NCBI GenBank assembly: GCA_965262115.1
Contig: OZ253496.1
Span: 1,408,001-1,472,000, forward strand
From: Nitrospinales bacterium
Lineage (GTDB): Bacteria > Nitrospinota > Nitrospinia > Nitrospinales > VA-1
Reading direction: 5' to 3'
DNA length: 64,000 nucleotides
Positions 9,087 to 20,471 of this stretch are shown here, one piece after another (the stretch's first letter is position 1; each line of letters starts with the position of its first letter). The notes under the pieces are model-generated. The model saw only the letters and a list, made by a program, of their open reading frames with translations. It did not search any database and was not told the DNA's origin. The position numbers and the translations under genes were made by a program.

Positions 9087-9995
9087 TGATCTTCCCCTGT
9101 TTTAGTGGACAGTTAGTTAAGAGGCATAGGCCTGTTTCTCGAATTCGGCAGGGCTGAGATAGCCGAGATATTAGTGACGGCGTTGCCGATTATAAAACAC
9201 TTCGATATATTCAAAAATATCCTTCTTTGCTTGCTGACGGGTTTTGTAGTTCCGGTTATGAATGAGTTCCACTTTGAGAGTATGGAAAAAACTCTCCGCC
9301 ACGGCGTTATCCCAGCAATCGCCCTTCCGGCTCATACTGCACTCTATCCCATGAACATTGAGCAAGGCTTGAAAATCGTTGCAGGCATATTGAACCCCCC
9401 GGTCAGAATGGTGAATCAATCCCGGTTTCATGCCGCCGTTCTTCATTGCCATATTTAAAGCTCTCATTACCAACCAACGGGTTATCCAACGATCCATGGC
9501 CCAACCAATAACTTTACGGTGGAATAAATCCAGCGTCACCGCAAGGTATAACCAGCCCTCTTGAGTCGGGATATAGGTGATATCCGAAACCCAGCATTGA
9601 CCGGGCTCAGCAACATTAAACCGCCGTTGCAGTTTGTTTTTTGCCACCGGGTGATTATGTTTGGAATCGGTTGTCACCCTAAACTTTCTTTTGTGCTTGG
9701 CAACGATTCCATGCTCGCGCATAAGACGGGCAATACGATGCCTGCCAATGGCATATCCCTTGTCTTTCAAGTCCTCATGAATTCTGGGACTGCCATAAGT
9801 CTGGCGACTCTTCTTATAAACGGTTTTGATCTCATCAACCCATCGCTGCTTCTCACGGCTCCTCAGGCTCTCGGGGCGGCTCAGCCAGGCATAGAACCCA
9901 CTTCGTCCCACTTCCAGAACCCGGCACATCGGGCTTACCGGAAATGCTTCTCGATGATCCCGTATAAACCGATATCTCATTGGGAACCCTTCGAG
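9087..9995 (-). mobile_element. IS3-family right part: orfB DDE transposase (premature TAA near C-terminus) plus IRR
   Basis: [45 protein letters not shown] starts at 9087; inverted copy of 55659-56567. Confidence 0.93.
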
Positions 9996-10039
9996 TACCC
10001 CTTGTATGTTGTTCATAAGGGGAATTTGTAGTAGTTGTA

Positions 10040-11174
<1,135 letters not shown>

Positions 11175-11191
11175 CATTTAACACAGTTGCT

Positions 11192-11303
11192 TCGGGGCAT
11201 GAGATACCCGTGCCGGGCATGAAGGCAAAGGTAAAATATCACATACCCGTGCCGGGCATGAATTTTAAGGAAGAGGACATCACAGCTATGAAAGAATATC
11301 ACG
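11192..11303 (+). repeat. Nested micro-elements: two units (11205-11243, 11244-11284) inside the element that IS110 interrupted
   Basis: Removing IS110 and both inner units leaves the 39-bp TACCCCTTCGGGGCATGAGAGCTATGAAAGAATATCACG. Confidence 0.75.
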
Positions 11304-11394
11304 GCCACCGGCGGCTCGTCGGCCACGCCTGGTGGGTTGACGGAGCCGGGTTAGGGCGTTATGATTCTTTTTCATTAAATTTCTGGAGCAAAGA

Positions 11395-11570
11395 ATGGGG
11401 TACAAAGAATCTTATATGCCTGAACCCTTGGATGAGGGCCAAAAGAAGAAGAAAAAAGAAATTTTAAATACCCGGATTGCTCCGGTCGACTTTGAAAATA
11501 TTAAGGATGTGGGTGATCTGGTGGAGTCGTTTCAATCGGCTTCCATTCAGGCCCGAAACCTCGGGCAATG
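11395..11570 (+). pseudogene. 5' fragment of a deoxyhypusine/homospermidine synthase-like gene, truncated by IS3 sequence
   Basis: DVGDLVESFQSASIQARNLG resembles the DHS N-terminus; fused to IS3 DNA at about 11562. Confidence 0.55.
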
Positions 11571-11712
11571 CTATCGCCTACTTCAATAACCAATCGAACC
11601 GCTTCTAACTTGAATTCTTTACTGAAACTCCTGCGTTTGGTTCCCATAAAAACACCTCCAAAAGTGTATTATCCACACTTTTCGATGTGTCCACCAATTC
11701 AGGGGAAGATCA
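11562..11712 (-). mobile_element. IS3 left-end fragment (IRL plus start of orfA)
   Basis: Reverse complement of the IRL/orfA start; flanking CAG (11713-11715) matches CAG (9084-9086) beside the IRR. Confidence 0.88.
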
Positions 11713-11818
11713 CAGTATCTAGTAAAATATGTAGTTCACTTTGAAAAAGGGGGATAAAGCCTCATCTAAGCCGAAACAAGTTTTTGCCAGCCAGAAAATT
11801 TGCTATCTGCCTCCCTGG

Positions 11819-12643
11819 TCAGGGACCCGTCAGGTGATTGAGAAGCAACTGCACATTACGGTCGCCGGGTTTGGCGCCGACAAAGCCCTCGATATCACCG
11901 GGCCCGGCTCGGGCATCACCATCGACATCTATTCTTGCCGCCAGCACCATCGGGCCTTCAAAAGCTGCTCCGGGCATCATGATGTCCTGCGGTCCCAATA
12001 CAAATTCATAAGGAAGCTGAAGGTCGGCGATGCGCTTGACCGCCAGCGGTGGGCCGCGTTTCACGCCATCAGACCGGGCAAAAATAAACAGGGTGCCATT
12101 GACCGGGATCTTTTTCCTGAGCGCCTCGCTCACGTTGACCGTTCCCTGGATGTTGTAAGCATCGGCGCTTATCCTGTTGTTCAGCACCAGTTGAACGCCT
12201 TTTTGTCCGGCGGTGACTTGCACCTTTCCTTCCACATCACCCGGACTGGACTTTCTATTGCCATCCTGATCAAGCCGGACCGTCAGGTTCATGGTTCCTT
12301 CAAATTGGGTTCCCTCGATCATGGTATGCAGCTGCCCGATCTTAAACTCAAAGGGGAACTGGAAAACACCGTGGCGTTTGACCGCCAGCGGTGGCCCGGC
12401 ATCCACCCCCTCGGGCCGGGCAAAAATGAACAATCCGGCACTCGGGCTCAAACTCACCTTCAGCGCAGGGTCGAGTACAATAGTACCAGAAACGTCATTA
12501 AGGTGAATCGTCGGATCGGCCTTTCTGGCCAGTTCTTTTTTCAGGCTTTCGGGCAGAGGGTGCTCTTTCAAGTCCCGATCACACCCCGCTAGCCCAAGAA
12601 TTCCCAAAAAATAGAAAAATAACGCTAATCGTTTCAAAATCAT
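11819..12643 (-). CDS. Lipoprotein with two tandem CcmH/CycH C-terminal-like domains
   Basis: Lipobox LAGC; duplicated LFIFAR...GPPLAVKR...P(F/Y)EF...PGD(V/I)EG. Confidence 0.7.
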   Translation of the reverse strand: MILKRLALFFYFLGILGLAGCDRDLKEHPLPESLKKELARKADPTIHLNDVSGTIVLDPALKVSLSPSAGLFIFARPEGVDAGPPLAVKRHGVFQFPFEFKIGQLHTMIEGTQFEGTMNLTVRLDQDGNRKSSPGDVEGKVQVTAGQKGVQLVLNNRISADAYNIQGTVNVSEALRKKIPVNGTLFIFARSDGVKRGPPLAVKRIADLQLPYEFVLGPQDIMMPGAAFEGPMVLAARIDVDGDARAGPGDIEGFVGAKPGDRNVQLLLNHLTGP

Positions 12644-12876
12644 CCTCCGATAAGAGCATACAGGCCGAAGAAATAAATCCTGGGCAGGTGCTTGACATCC
12701 TAACTAGTAGATTTCATTAATACTACAATACCCAGTTAATAATTTCATTTGGCCCAAAGGGCTGAAACCGACCCAACACGTTGATCTATCAACCGGGCGT
12801 AGGCGCTTCAATATATATTCAAACCTCCAAACCGGGGCGAAAATCGACCAGGTCGGCCTTAAGTTTGGAGTGTAAC

Positions 12877-13062
12877 ATGTTTCACGAAGTCAAAATATTC
12901 GATAAAAAGGGCAAAGTCAAAAAGGTCCTTTCCAGCGAGAAGCTCAGCACAAAGTACTGGGACTCGTTTTTTAACAATCCATTGAGCGGATCGATGAAAG
13001 CGAAGGGACGCAGACGAAAATCGCAGAAAAACGTGGATTGCGACGATGAAAATCTTGAATAG
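12877..13062 (+). CDS. Small basic hypothetical protein
   Basis: GGAG RBS before ATG 12877; MFHEVKIFDKKGKVKKV. Confidence 0.55.
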   Translation: MFHEVKIFDKKGKVKKVLSSEKLSTKYWDSFFNNPLSGSMKAKGRRRKSQKNVDCDDENLE

Positions 13063-13620
13063 TCTGATTGACTTGAACTTTCAGCTCCGGTGACGGAGCC
13101 CATACAATTTTATTGGGATAATTTTGATGACTGGCTGACTCCTAATCCTCCACCAAGGTAGAGTTGGAACAATTGCAATTACCCCATACATGGGAGGCGA
13201 CTCCAGGAGGAATTGCCTCCCATGTGCCCTAAATTCTTCATCCCCCCAACTTTAAAACCCGTTAGCGAAGCACCCTCCCCTAAATGCGCCGTTTTGCGGA
13301 CCGCATCTAAAAAATAGCCAAACTCCGATATCATCACAGATGATGTTGTAACTTTCTAAATTCATATTCCAATATTGCCAAAAAGGATATGGCAGAATCA
13401 AAAAAGAAAATATTGATCGTTGATGATGAAAAATCCATCGCCATATGATTGAAACAAATTCAAAAAACTCTTGTTGCCGAGGTTCAACCCTCTGAAGTTT
13501 CAAAGAATATAATGAGTGAGGTTGAACTGGTATTAATGATTCTTGAAAGAAAAGGGTTGAACACCCGAGATCAGACAAAAGAAGAACTCAATAAAGTCAA
13601 ATCCAGGCTGAAAAAATAAT

Positions 13621-14058
13621 CTAACGCTCCAACATCCGCGCGGAAACCATTAACAATCCGGAAAATGCCACCATAACCAGATCTTCCACGATGGTCCAAC
13701 CATCCAAAGGTCGGGCGAAAAACACACCAAAGCACCCACAGTTGGGAATATCAAGTCCTCTCATAACCGTCACTGAGGCCCAAAGCGTAAACACCGTATG
13801 CAACCCCAATGAACTAAACGCCGCCCAAAATATTATGCGCCCACTGAACAACCAAAAAGACAAAATTAGCTCCGCGGCTATCATGCCCACGGCAACAGGA
13901 TAGAGCATCCAGTCTGCAAACGCCTGATAAGTGATCAGGACTTCGACAAAACCCGGAATATCCAGAGCCTTGCCCAATCCCGTGGTCAGTAGAATGGCCG
14001 CGATAAAAAACCGCAGAAAACGACCGAAGATTTTATTGTTGGTTAAGCGTCCAGTCAT
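13621..14058 (-). CDS. MauE/DoxX-family membrane protein (start uncertain)
   Basis: Four hydrophobic segments, RGLDIPNCGCFG. Confidence 0.75.
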   Translation of the reverse strand: MTGRLTNNKIFGRFLRFFIAAILLTTGLGKALDIPGFVEVLITYQAFADWMLYPVAVGMIAAELILSFWLFSGRIIFWAAFSSLGLHTVFTLWASVTVMRGLDIPNCGCFGVFFARPLDGWTIVEDLVMVAFSGLLMVSARMLER

Positions 14059-14851
14059 AAGGAATAAACTTGATGTCATAATGTTCGGGGACCGGGGTTT
14101 TGCGGTACCTGTTGATATAAGTGATTAATGTAGGGGTTCGTTGGTCATCCACAAAATCTTCGGTATAAAAATCCATAATCTCCGAAAGGTAGACTACTTT
14201 TTTCTTTCTAAGGACTTTGACATTGCGCGATTGATTTAAAAATTCATAGGTGACGCGTTCCAATTGCCTGTCCAACTGACTCGCCTTGAACGGAACCTGC
14301 GGCAGGCGGGGGCACCCCACAACCATACAATTCAAAGCAAAGTGAACCCTCGGGTCTCCCAAGGGCCGGATGATTTTGTTTTCGTAATCCAATAGCGAAA
14401 TCCAGTCTTTGCCAACGACGTACCGGGTGAGTTTAAAAAATTTTGCGCGCTCCAGCAGGCTTTCGAATCCTTCTTCCACCTCAAGCTTCACCACCCCGTA
14501 CATAGCCAGGGCATTATAAGAATTCAGGTAATACGCCAACCGGCTATCCGGGCCGGGAAACAAATCGGGACGATTGTGCGGCGCATTGTGTCCGATGTAT
14601 GCCACATAGGCACGCAGGCGGCCAGGGTTTCGGGCCAAACCTGAAAAATCAATCTGGCCTTGAGCATCCACCGCCTGTTTCAAAATGACGGCCCATAATC
14701 GATCCGCTTGCTTTGGTGTCCAGTCCTTCTGAGTTTCAGAAGATGTTGGTATTTTAATATTCTTACTGCACCCCTGGAGAACGCCCATAGCCATCAGGGC
14801 GAACAAAAGAAAGACAAAACGATAAAATAGATGTCGTGCATTGAGGATCAA
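14033..14851 (-). CDS. DUF547 family protein (probable lipoprotein)
   Basis: LAYYLNSYNAL, DPRVHFALNC...CP, YDWTLN. Confidence 0.85.
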   Translation of the reverse strand: MILNARHLFYRFVFLLFALMAMGVLQGCSKNIKIPTSSETQKDWTPKQADRLWAVILKQAVDAQGQIDFSGLARNPGRLRAYVAYIGHNAPHNRPDLFPGPDSRLAYYLNSYNALAMYGVVKLEVEEGFESLLERAKFFKLTRYVVGKDWISLLDYENKIIRPLGDPRVHFALNCMVVGCPRLPQVPFKASQLDRQLERVTYEFLNQSRNVKVLRKKKVVYLSEIMDFYTEDFVDDQRTPTLITYINRYRKTPVPEHYDIKFIPYDWTLNQQ

Positions 14852-16227
14852 GCGGCGGGGTCCTTTATCAAAGTTTTTGCGGAAGAAAGCGGATAAAAAA
14901 TTTCTTTACCATGATCGGTTTCGATTTCCAGTGGACGCAAAATATATTCATCCCTTTCAGCATTGTGTGCGCACATCGAAACCGGACCGTCGGGCGTCAT
15001 CACCATAAAGGAACAGGCGTCGATTCGTTCCTGATCTAAATGGTCTGCGTGCATAAAATTTTTCACGAAAAAAATAATCGGTCGAGCTTTTCCTCCAGCC
15101 GCCCAAAAATGATGCCGAAGGAACCACAATCTGGTCAGGACATATCTCAACATCTCTAACAGCCAACGGGGTTTGCGTAGCATGACTTTAAAATAGGACC
15201 AGGCGATCGCCGAAGCACTTTGCCTCCGATCATGCATGACATCACCGAACTCACGTAAAAATCCGGCAAATAAATTCGCATCGTCCACCAGGCCGAATGC
15301 TTTTCCGTTCACCGCCAGGGCAGGTAAATAACTTTGGCATTGGGGATGCCCGACCAGAACAACCTCCCAGGGTAATTCAGAACCTGCCCCCAGGCTGATC
15401 TGATTGCGAACGGATTCCAAACTTATGCAGTCCGGTCGGCCCCGCACTTCGCCGCGCCCGGTATCCGCTTGCAATTGAAACGATGTCAAACCCACCACAG
15501 CGGATTGCCCGATAAAAAACTGCACCAGGTCTGGAAGTTCATGGTAATTATCCGTGAAGATGGTCGTATTGAACATGACCATCAAAGGTAAGCCCCGGGC
15601 ACGTTCAATATATTCGAGTCGAATGGTGTTCAGTTCATTTTCAGTGGTGAACCCCTTTCGTTTTTGGGTCAGGTCTACATGGAACGCCACGTCACTCAAC
15701 CCAGTTTTGCACAGCTCGACCAGTAAATCCCGGGGGCACAGTATTCCATTTGTGAGCAGCGATGGATGCAATCCCAGGTTACGCGCGTATCGCACAATCT
15801 GAACCAACTCGGCACGGTCCCGCATAGTCGGGTCACCGCCACTGATTTGGACGTTGGTCCCGATACCAAAATTCCGGCGCACACCTTCCAACCGCTCAAA
15901 TACTTCGGATAAAGGGAGATCAGTAACGTCGTTGGAATTTTCGGACAAATAGCACAAAGAGCAACTCAAGTTGCATCGTTGGCTGATCTCAACCGATACA
16001 CACCCGATCGAGTTGCGAGAACCCAAAAATTGATTGGGTTGGTTAAACTTTCCCAACCGCTTGCGGGTGGCTCTCAGTGCTTTTTCGCGTTCCTTTTTTT
16101 CGTCTTCGCTTATCTCCGCCGTCTGCACAGCATCGAATATCTTGGTACGTTTTATATTTTTCATATGGATAGGTCGTTCAGGGGTTGTTTTCGAGAAACG
16201 CTTCAAGTAAGTCCTGGACAAAGACAT
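14848..16227 (-). CDS. Radical SAM protein (start may be 16164)
   Basis: CNLSCSLC motif, ISGGDPT, LLTNG. Confidence 0.88.
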   Translation of the reverse strand: MSLSRTYLKRFSKTTPERPIHMKNIKRTKIFDAVQTAEISEDEKKEREKALRATRKRLGKFNQPNQFLGSRNSIGCVSVEISQRCNLSCSLCYLSENSNDVTDLPLSEVFERLEGVRRNFGIGTNVQISGGDPTMRDRAELVQIVRYARNLGLHPSLLTNGILCPRDLLVELCKTGLSDVAFHVDLTQKRKGFTTENELNTIRLEYIERARGLPLMVMFNTTIFTDNYHELPDLVQFFIGQSAVVGLTSFQLQADTGRGEVRGRPDCISLESVRNQISLGAGSELPWEVVLVGHPQCQSYLPALAVNGKAFGLVDDANLFAGFLREFGDVMHDRRQSASAIAWSYFKVMLRKPRWLLEMLRYVLTRLWFLRHHFWAAGGKARPIIFFVKNFMHADHLDQERIDACSFMVMTPDGPVSMCAHNAERDEYILRPLEIETDHGKEIFYPLSSAKTLIKDPAA

Positions 16228-16350
16228 TACCTTACATTTAAAGATGCAGAAATATTGGTGCGGGTGTAAGATCCAACTGGAGAATCCGACCCGTCTTGAA
16301 ACCTCTCTTTCTCGGAGGATTAGCGCTGCTTGTTTTAGAACCCATTTATC

Positions 16351-16867
16351 ATGAAATCAATCAAACGCGTCTCTCTCATTGTTATTTTACTGACCGGAGT
16401 GTTTTATTTCTACCAGGCTTGGGCACATGACCGGCCTGACCAATTGGATCAACTCTTCTGAAATTCGTTCTATGGACGAATTAAAAGGAAAGGTCGTTCT
16501 CATCGATTTTTGGACGTTTGGTTGCATTAATTGCATCCACACCTTACCGCATGTACAAAAATGGCATCAAGCTTATAAGGATCAAGGCTTGGTGGTCTTG
16601 GGCATTCATGCTCCGGAATTTAATTATGAGCGAAAACTGAATAACGTAATCGGAGCGGTGAAACGGTTTGGTTTGACTTTTCCAGTTGCTATCGACAATA
16701 AGTTTAAACTGTGGAGAGCATACAAAAACAGGTTTTGGCCGGCTATGTATCTGGTAGACAAAGATGGGATAGTCCGATACATGCATTTCGGCGAAGGTCG
16801 TTACCAGGAAACCGAAGCGGCTATCGTTTATCTACTCAATAAAAAATATTCGGCTTCATCAGGGTAA
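16351..16867 (+). pseudogene. DipZ/TlpA-like thioredoxin; signal peptide (ATG 16351) out of frame with the redoxin domain (16427-16867)
   Basis: DFWTFGCINC, GIHAPEF, WPAMYLVD, HFGEGRY. Confidence 0.65.
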
Positions 16868-16912
16868 AAATTTTGGGATACTCGTGCTGATCTCTTTTTA
16901 GTCCTTAGTCCA

Positions 16913-17470
16913 ATGAACCCAAAAATAAAGCTATTAATAATTTGCGCGCTATTAGTGACAGTTTTTTTAGTAGCAGAACTTACAGGTCTTCGGGCAAGCC
17001 TTTCTCCTCAACACATCAAAGAATTATTTCTACAGTTCCAGCTTTGGGGCATATTGATATTCTGCATAAGCTTCAGCCTCGGGAACCTGCTCTATATTCC
17101 TGGTTGGATTTTTTTGCTGGGAGCGGTTTTTGCTCTTGGTAAGGAATGAGGAGGTTTGGCCACTTATATTGCGGCTCTCACCTCTTCCACAATTAGTTTT
17201 TTCCTCATTCATAAGATAGGCAGGAATGCTCTTCGCAGCTTCAACAACAAATATGCCGATAGAATATTTTCAAAACTGGACCAATACCCGATTTACTCCA
17301 TAGAGCTGTTGAGGTTGATGTTCCAAACCGTACCGGCGCTGAATTATGCTTTGGCCATGGCAAACGTTCGATTCAGCCATTACATCCTGGGAACGATAAT
17401 CGGGCTCCCTCTTCCCATTTTTATTTATTGCTACTTTTTCGAAACCATCTTCCAGCACGTACTCAAATAG
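16913..17470 (+). pseudogene. TVP38/DedA (VTT domain) membrane protein with in-frame TGA at 17147-17149
   Basis: LGKE*GGLATY reads through in frame; LNYALAM...GTIIGLPL. Confidence 0.75.
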
Positions 17471-17475
17471 CAAAA

Positions 17476-18000
17476 CTACACTTTTCCCCTATTTTTGATC
17501 GCGCCTAGAATGCCTGGCACCTGACCCGCTTTCACTTCGCTTAGTTGAGAAACATGAAAATGGTGATTCAAAAAATGGTCCAGCGCCTGTAGCGATTCAT
17601 TGCGAATGCCGGGTCCGTGCTGCCACAAATACATGATCAAACTGAGTTGTGCCATGGTGGCGGGCTTGCGCCCGGAGGAAGCAATGGGGTGAGGGGGTTT
17701 CAATCGGTCAGGGTCTTTAGTCTTAACAGCAGGCCCCGTTGCTGGCGCTGAAGGGTAGCCGCTTTCCCAGCCCAGGCTTTTAAAATGATCGAGCAGTTCA
17801 TCGATCTGTTCGTGGGTGAGGTCCTTGGCAGAGGTTTCACCAAACAACACGTTCAAAAACCCGCGATACAACTGGTCGGTCAGTTTCAAATCGCGTTTGG
17901 CAATATGAACCTTTGCCAACTCGGCCCGACTCGGCCCACCACTAGGCGTGGAGCCAGCGTGCAAATTCTTATTTTGGCTGGCAGATGACATTGGCGGCAA
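17476..18000 (-). CDS. Mu gp16/GemA-like (DUF1018) protein
   Basis: LAKVHIAKRDLKL...YR..L...G.TSAKDL...LLDHFKSLGW. Confidence 0.75.
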   Translation of the reverse strand: MPPMSSASQNKNLHAGSTPSGGPSRAELAKVHIAKRDLKLTDQLYRGFLNVLFGETSAKDLTHEQIDELLDHFKSLGWESGYPSAPATGPAVKTKDPDRLKPPHPIASSGRKPATMAQLSLIMYLWQHGPGIRNESLQALDHFLNHHFHVSQLSEVKAGQVPGILGAIKNRGKV

Positions 18001-18209
18001 CCTCGTGGGTTATTGCCCAACTTCGTCCCCTGAAAAGGGCCGTGACGCTGGACCCGGAAATGGGCATAGACTCGGCGGACAATTTCCTGGATGAATCGGT
18101 AGTTGGTTTTCCAGGCATAGGACACCTCCCCGATTTCTTATTAAATATAAGTCAAAAAGGAAAATCGGCAAGGCAGGGTTGCTAAGCTATTAATTTGGAA
18201 GGGATTTGC

Positions 18210-19037
18210 TTAAACATGGCGGAAGTCTTTGCCCTCAAGGCGGACCTTCTTGCACATTTCCATCAAGCGGGAAAAAATGCGTGGGCCGATTTTCTCCTCC
18301 AGAGTGTAGGAAGGCGCGGATTTTTTACTGCCGTCGATTGCCGACTTGTCATTGAAGTTGGTGGTGACCAGTGTCACCTTGTCATCATCGTTGTAGCGGG
18401 TGGAGATGAAGTGATCAAGAATGGTGAGCTCCCAATCCGTGTTCCTGCCCTTGGCCAACTCATCAACCACCAATACCTTGACGCCGACATAGGGATTGAT
18501 GAATTCGCCTTCCGAGATATCTTCTCCATAACCGTGGCGGATGTCGCGCAACAGTTCAAAAAAGTCGACGAACTTGCATTCGATGCCATGTTTTAAAATC
18601 AGTTCCTTGATGATGGATACGGCGAGATGGGTTTTGCCCAGGCCGGGTTCGCCCATGAAAATCAAACCCTGACTGTATTGACCCTGCATCTGGACAAACT
18701 CTTTGATGAAGGTTCTGGACCGGGTTAAAGCGTCTTTCAGCGACCTGTGCCGGGGTGGTGTGACCTCAAAATTGTCCAGACCCTCGTGCACAAACTTGCC
18801 CGGAATCCCAGCTTGATTGAATAGCTTTAATCTTTTATTAAAGTCGGCGCATTGGCATTCGTGGATTCGGGAAATGCCATTCGCATCTTCCTCTAAAATT
18901 CTTCCCGTTCCCTGACAACTTTCACAGGCAAAACATTTGCAGGCTTCGGCGTGGACTTTGCCTTTTTGATTGGACACCACATACTGATGATCGCGGCAGG
19001 TGCTGCAGGTTATCGAGTTGGCCGTTGTACTTTTCAT
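18210..19037 (-). CDS. DnaC/IstB-like AAA+ ATPase with N-terminal Cys-rich region
   Basis: GEPGLGKTHL, VLVVDELA, TTN, RIFSRLMEM. Confidence 0.85.
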   Translation of the reverse strand: MKSTTANSITCSTCRDHQYVVSNQKGKVHAEACKCFACESCQGTGRILEEDANGISRIHECQCADFNKRLKLFNQAGIPGKFVHEGLDNFEVTPPRHRSLKDALTRSRTFIKEFVQMQGQYSQGLIFMGEPGLGKTHLAVSIIKELILKHGIECKFVDFFELLRDIRHGYGEDISEGEFINPYVGVKVLVVDELAKGRNTDWELTILDHFISTRYNDDDKVTLVTTNFNDKSAIDGSKKSAPSYTLEEKIGPRIFSRLMEMCKKVRLEGKDFRHV

Positions 19038-19297
19038 GAATGAGACCGTTCCATTTCCGCTTCGACAAATACTTCGAGATAACTCAAACCCACTCTCGAA
19101 GATTGCCGGGTGTTCTGCCTGTCAAATTCGACGACCCCGTTCTCAATGCCGCGACAAACCACATTGACCGGAATGCCCCGGCTCTCCCATTGCTGAATCA
19201 AATCGTAATCAGTGGCGGAAAGTGCCAAGCCAGAATCTTTCAGGGCAAGAAAAAACTGTTCAACAGTGACAAGATAGTTTTGGTTTTCAAGATTCAC
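19034..19297 (-). CDS. Hypothetical protein coupled to the DnaC-like gene
   Basis: ATGA overlap with the downstream gene. Confidence 0.6.
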   Translation of the reverse strand: MNLENQNYLVTVEQFFLALKDSGLALSATDYDLIQQWESRGIPVNVVCRGIENGVVEFDRQNTRQSSRVGLSYLEVFVEAEMERSHS

Positions 19298-19356
19298 GAA
19301 ATTAATGAAATAAAGGAAAGAATTTTATCCATATCAGCCCCCCCCTCATCCTGGCC

Positions 19357-19661
19357 TTACCCTTGCGGGGCACGAATTGATCTTCCCCTCTCATGAGGGG
19401 AGGCAAGGCGTAGCCGCGGAGGGGTGTGGATTATTTTTACGGAATTCATAATCCAACCCTCCCCTGGCCCCTCCCTATGAAGGGAGGGGGGATTTCTGCT
19501 TCCGCCTTTCTCAAAGTACCCCTGCGGGGCATGAAGGCAAAGGTAAAATATCACGTCTTCATCGCGTGCGCTCTTCAGAATGACAAATAGCCTTGTATTG
19601 TCATTCTGAACGCAGTGAAGAATCTCGCTTTTCTGTTTTTTTCGACTTATGCAAAGGTCTC
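19357..19661 (+). repeat. Composite repeat: MITE core, micro-element (19517-19555), GTCATTCTGA-type palindrome and MITE end
   Basis: Near-identical to the 3187 core; ends TTATGCAAAGGTCTC. Confidence 0.8.
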
Positions 19662-19726
19662 TTGAAAGGAGAGGATCAGGGTGATTCAAGAGTGCTTTGC
19701 AATTTGCTTCTCACGCTATCAGGTAG

Positions 19727-20440
19727 TTACCCCTTAATGTCCAGGATGGTGCCCAGCAATTCGTCATTCGCTTTAATGACATTGACGCTGGCTTTAAACG
19801 CCGCCTTCGCTACGATCTGATCGACGATCTCCTCGGTGATGTCGACGTTGGAACCTTCGAGAAAGCCGGAACACACCGTGCCCAGTCCGCCTGCTCCCGG
19901 GTTGCCAGCCACCGGCGCACCGGAGGCAGCCGATTCGTTGAACAGGTTCCCGCCTGCGGCAGTTAACCCTGATGGATTCTGAAAATTAGCCAGGGTGATC
20001 TGGCCGGAGACCTCAGGCTGTCCACCTACCTGCGCAGAAACCTGTCCAGTGGCATCGACACTGATTCCAGTATTGTTTCCCGGAATATTGATCGCCGGGA
20101 CCAAGGCGTTGCCACTGGCATCAACAATATTCCCCGCGCCGTCTTGTTTGAAACTACCCGAGCGGGTGAATCTGGTGCCGCCGTTTGGATTCGTCACCTG
20201 AAAAAAACCATTGCCATCAATGGCAAAATCGAGGGGGTTGCCAGTCGGAATCAGTCCGCCATGAGTATTGGATCTGGAAATATCGCTGACCCGGGTGCCG
20301 CCCGATTTTAGTTCGACACTGTTGACATCGCTTTTCTTGAATCCGGCGGTGTTGATGTTGGTAATGTTGTTGGTGCTGTTTTGCAGCCTTTGGGACGCGT
20401 TTTTCAATCCCGTTAACGCGTTGAATATAGGACCTAACAT
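19727..20440 (-). CDS. Flagellar basal-body rod/hook family protein (FlgG/FlgF-like)
   Basis: NNITNINTAGFK, TGNPLDFAIDGNGFF, TRSGSF, LEGSNVD. Confidence 0.85.
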   Translation of the reverse strand: MLGPIFNALTGLKNASQRLQNSTNNITNINTAGFKKSDVNSVELKSGGTRVSDISRSNTHGGLIPTGNPLDFAIDGNGFFQVTNPNGGTRFTRSGSFKQDGAGNIVDASGNALVPAINIPGNNTGISVDATGQVSAQVGGQPEVSGQITLANFQNPSGLTAAGGNLFNESAASGAPVAGNPGAGGLGTVCSGFLEGSNVDITEEIVDQIVAKAAFKASVNVIKANDELLGTILDIKG

Positions 20441-20471
20441 GGCTTAAATCCTCCTTAAACCCTTATCCCAA

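Noticed and set aside
11741..12592. 283-aa plus-strand ORF
   Set aside because: Antisense to the lipoprotein gene, which has a lipobox and internal domain repeat.
12781..12792. FNR-like palindrome TTGATCTATCAA
   Set aside because: The spacer is 2 bp rather than the 4 bp of TTGAT-N4-ATCAA.
19357..19689. Recurrent small ORFs (VPVPGMKAKVKYH, GGSRNPPSLHREG), also near 11171, 26635 and 30935
   Set aside because: Translations of the non-coding repeat families.
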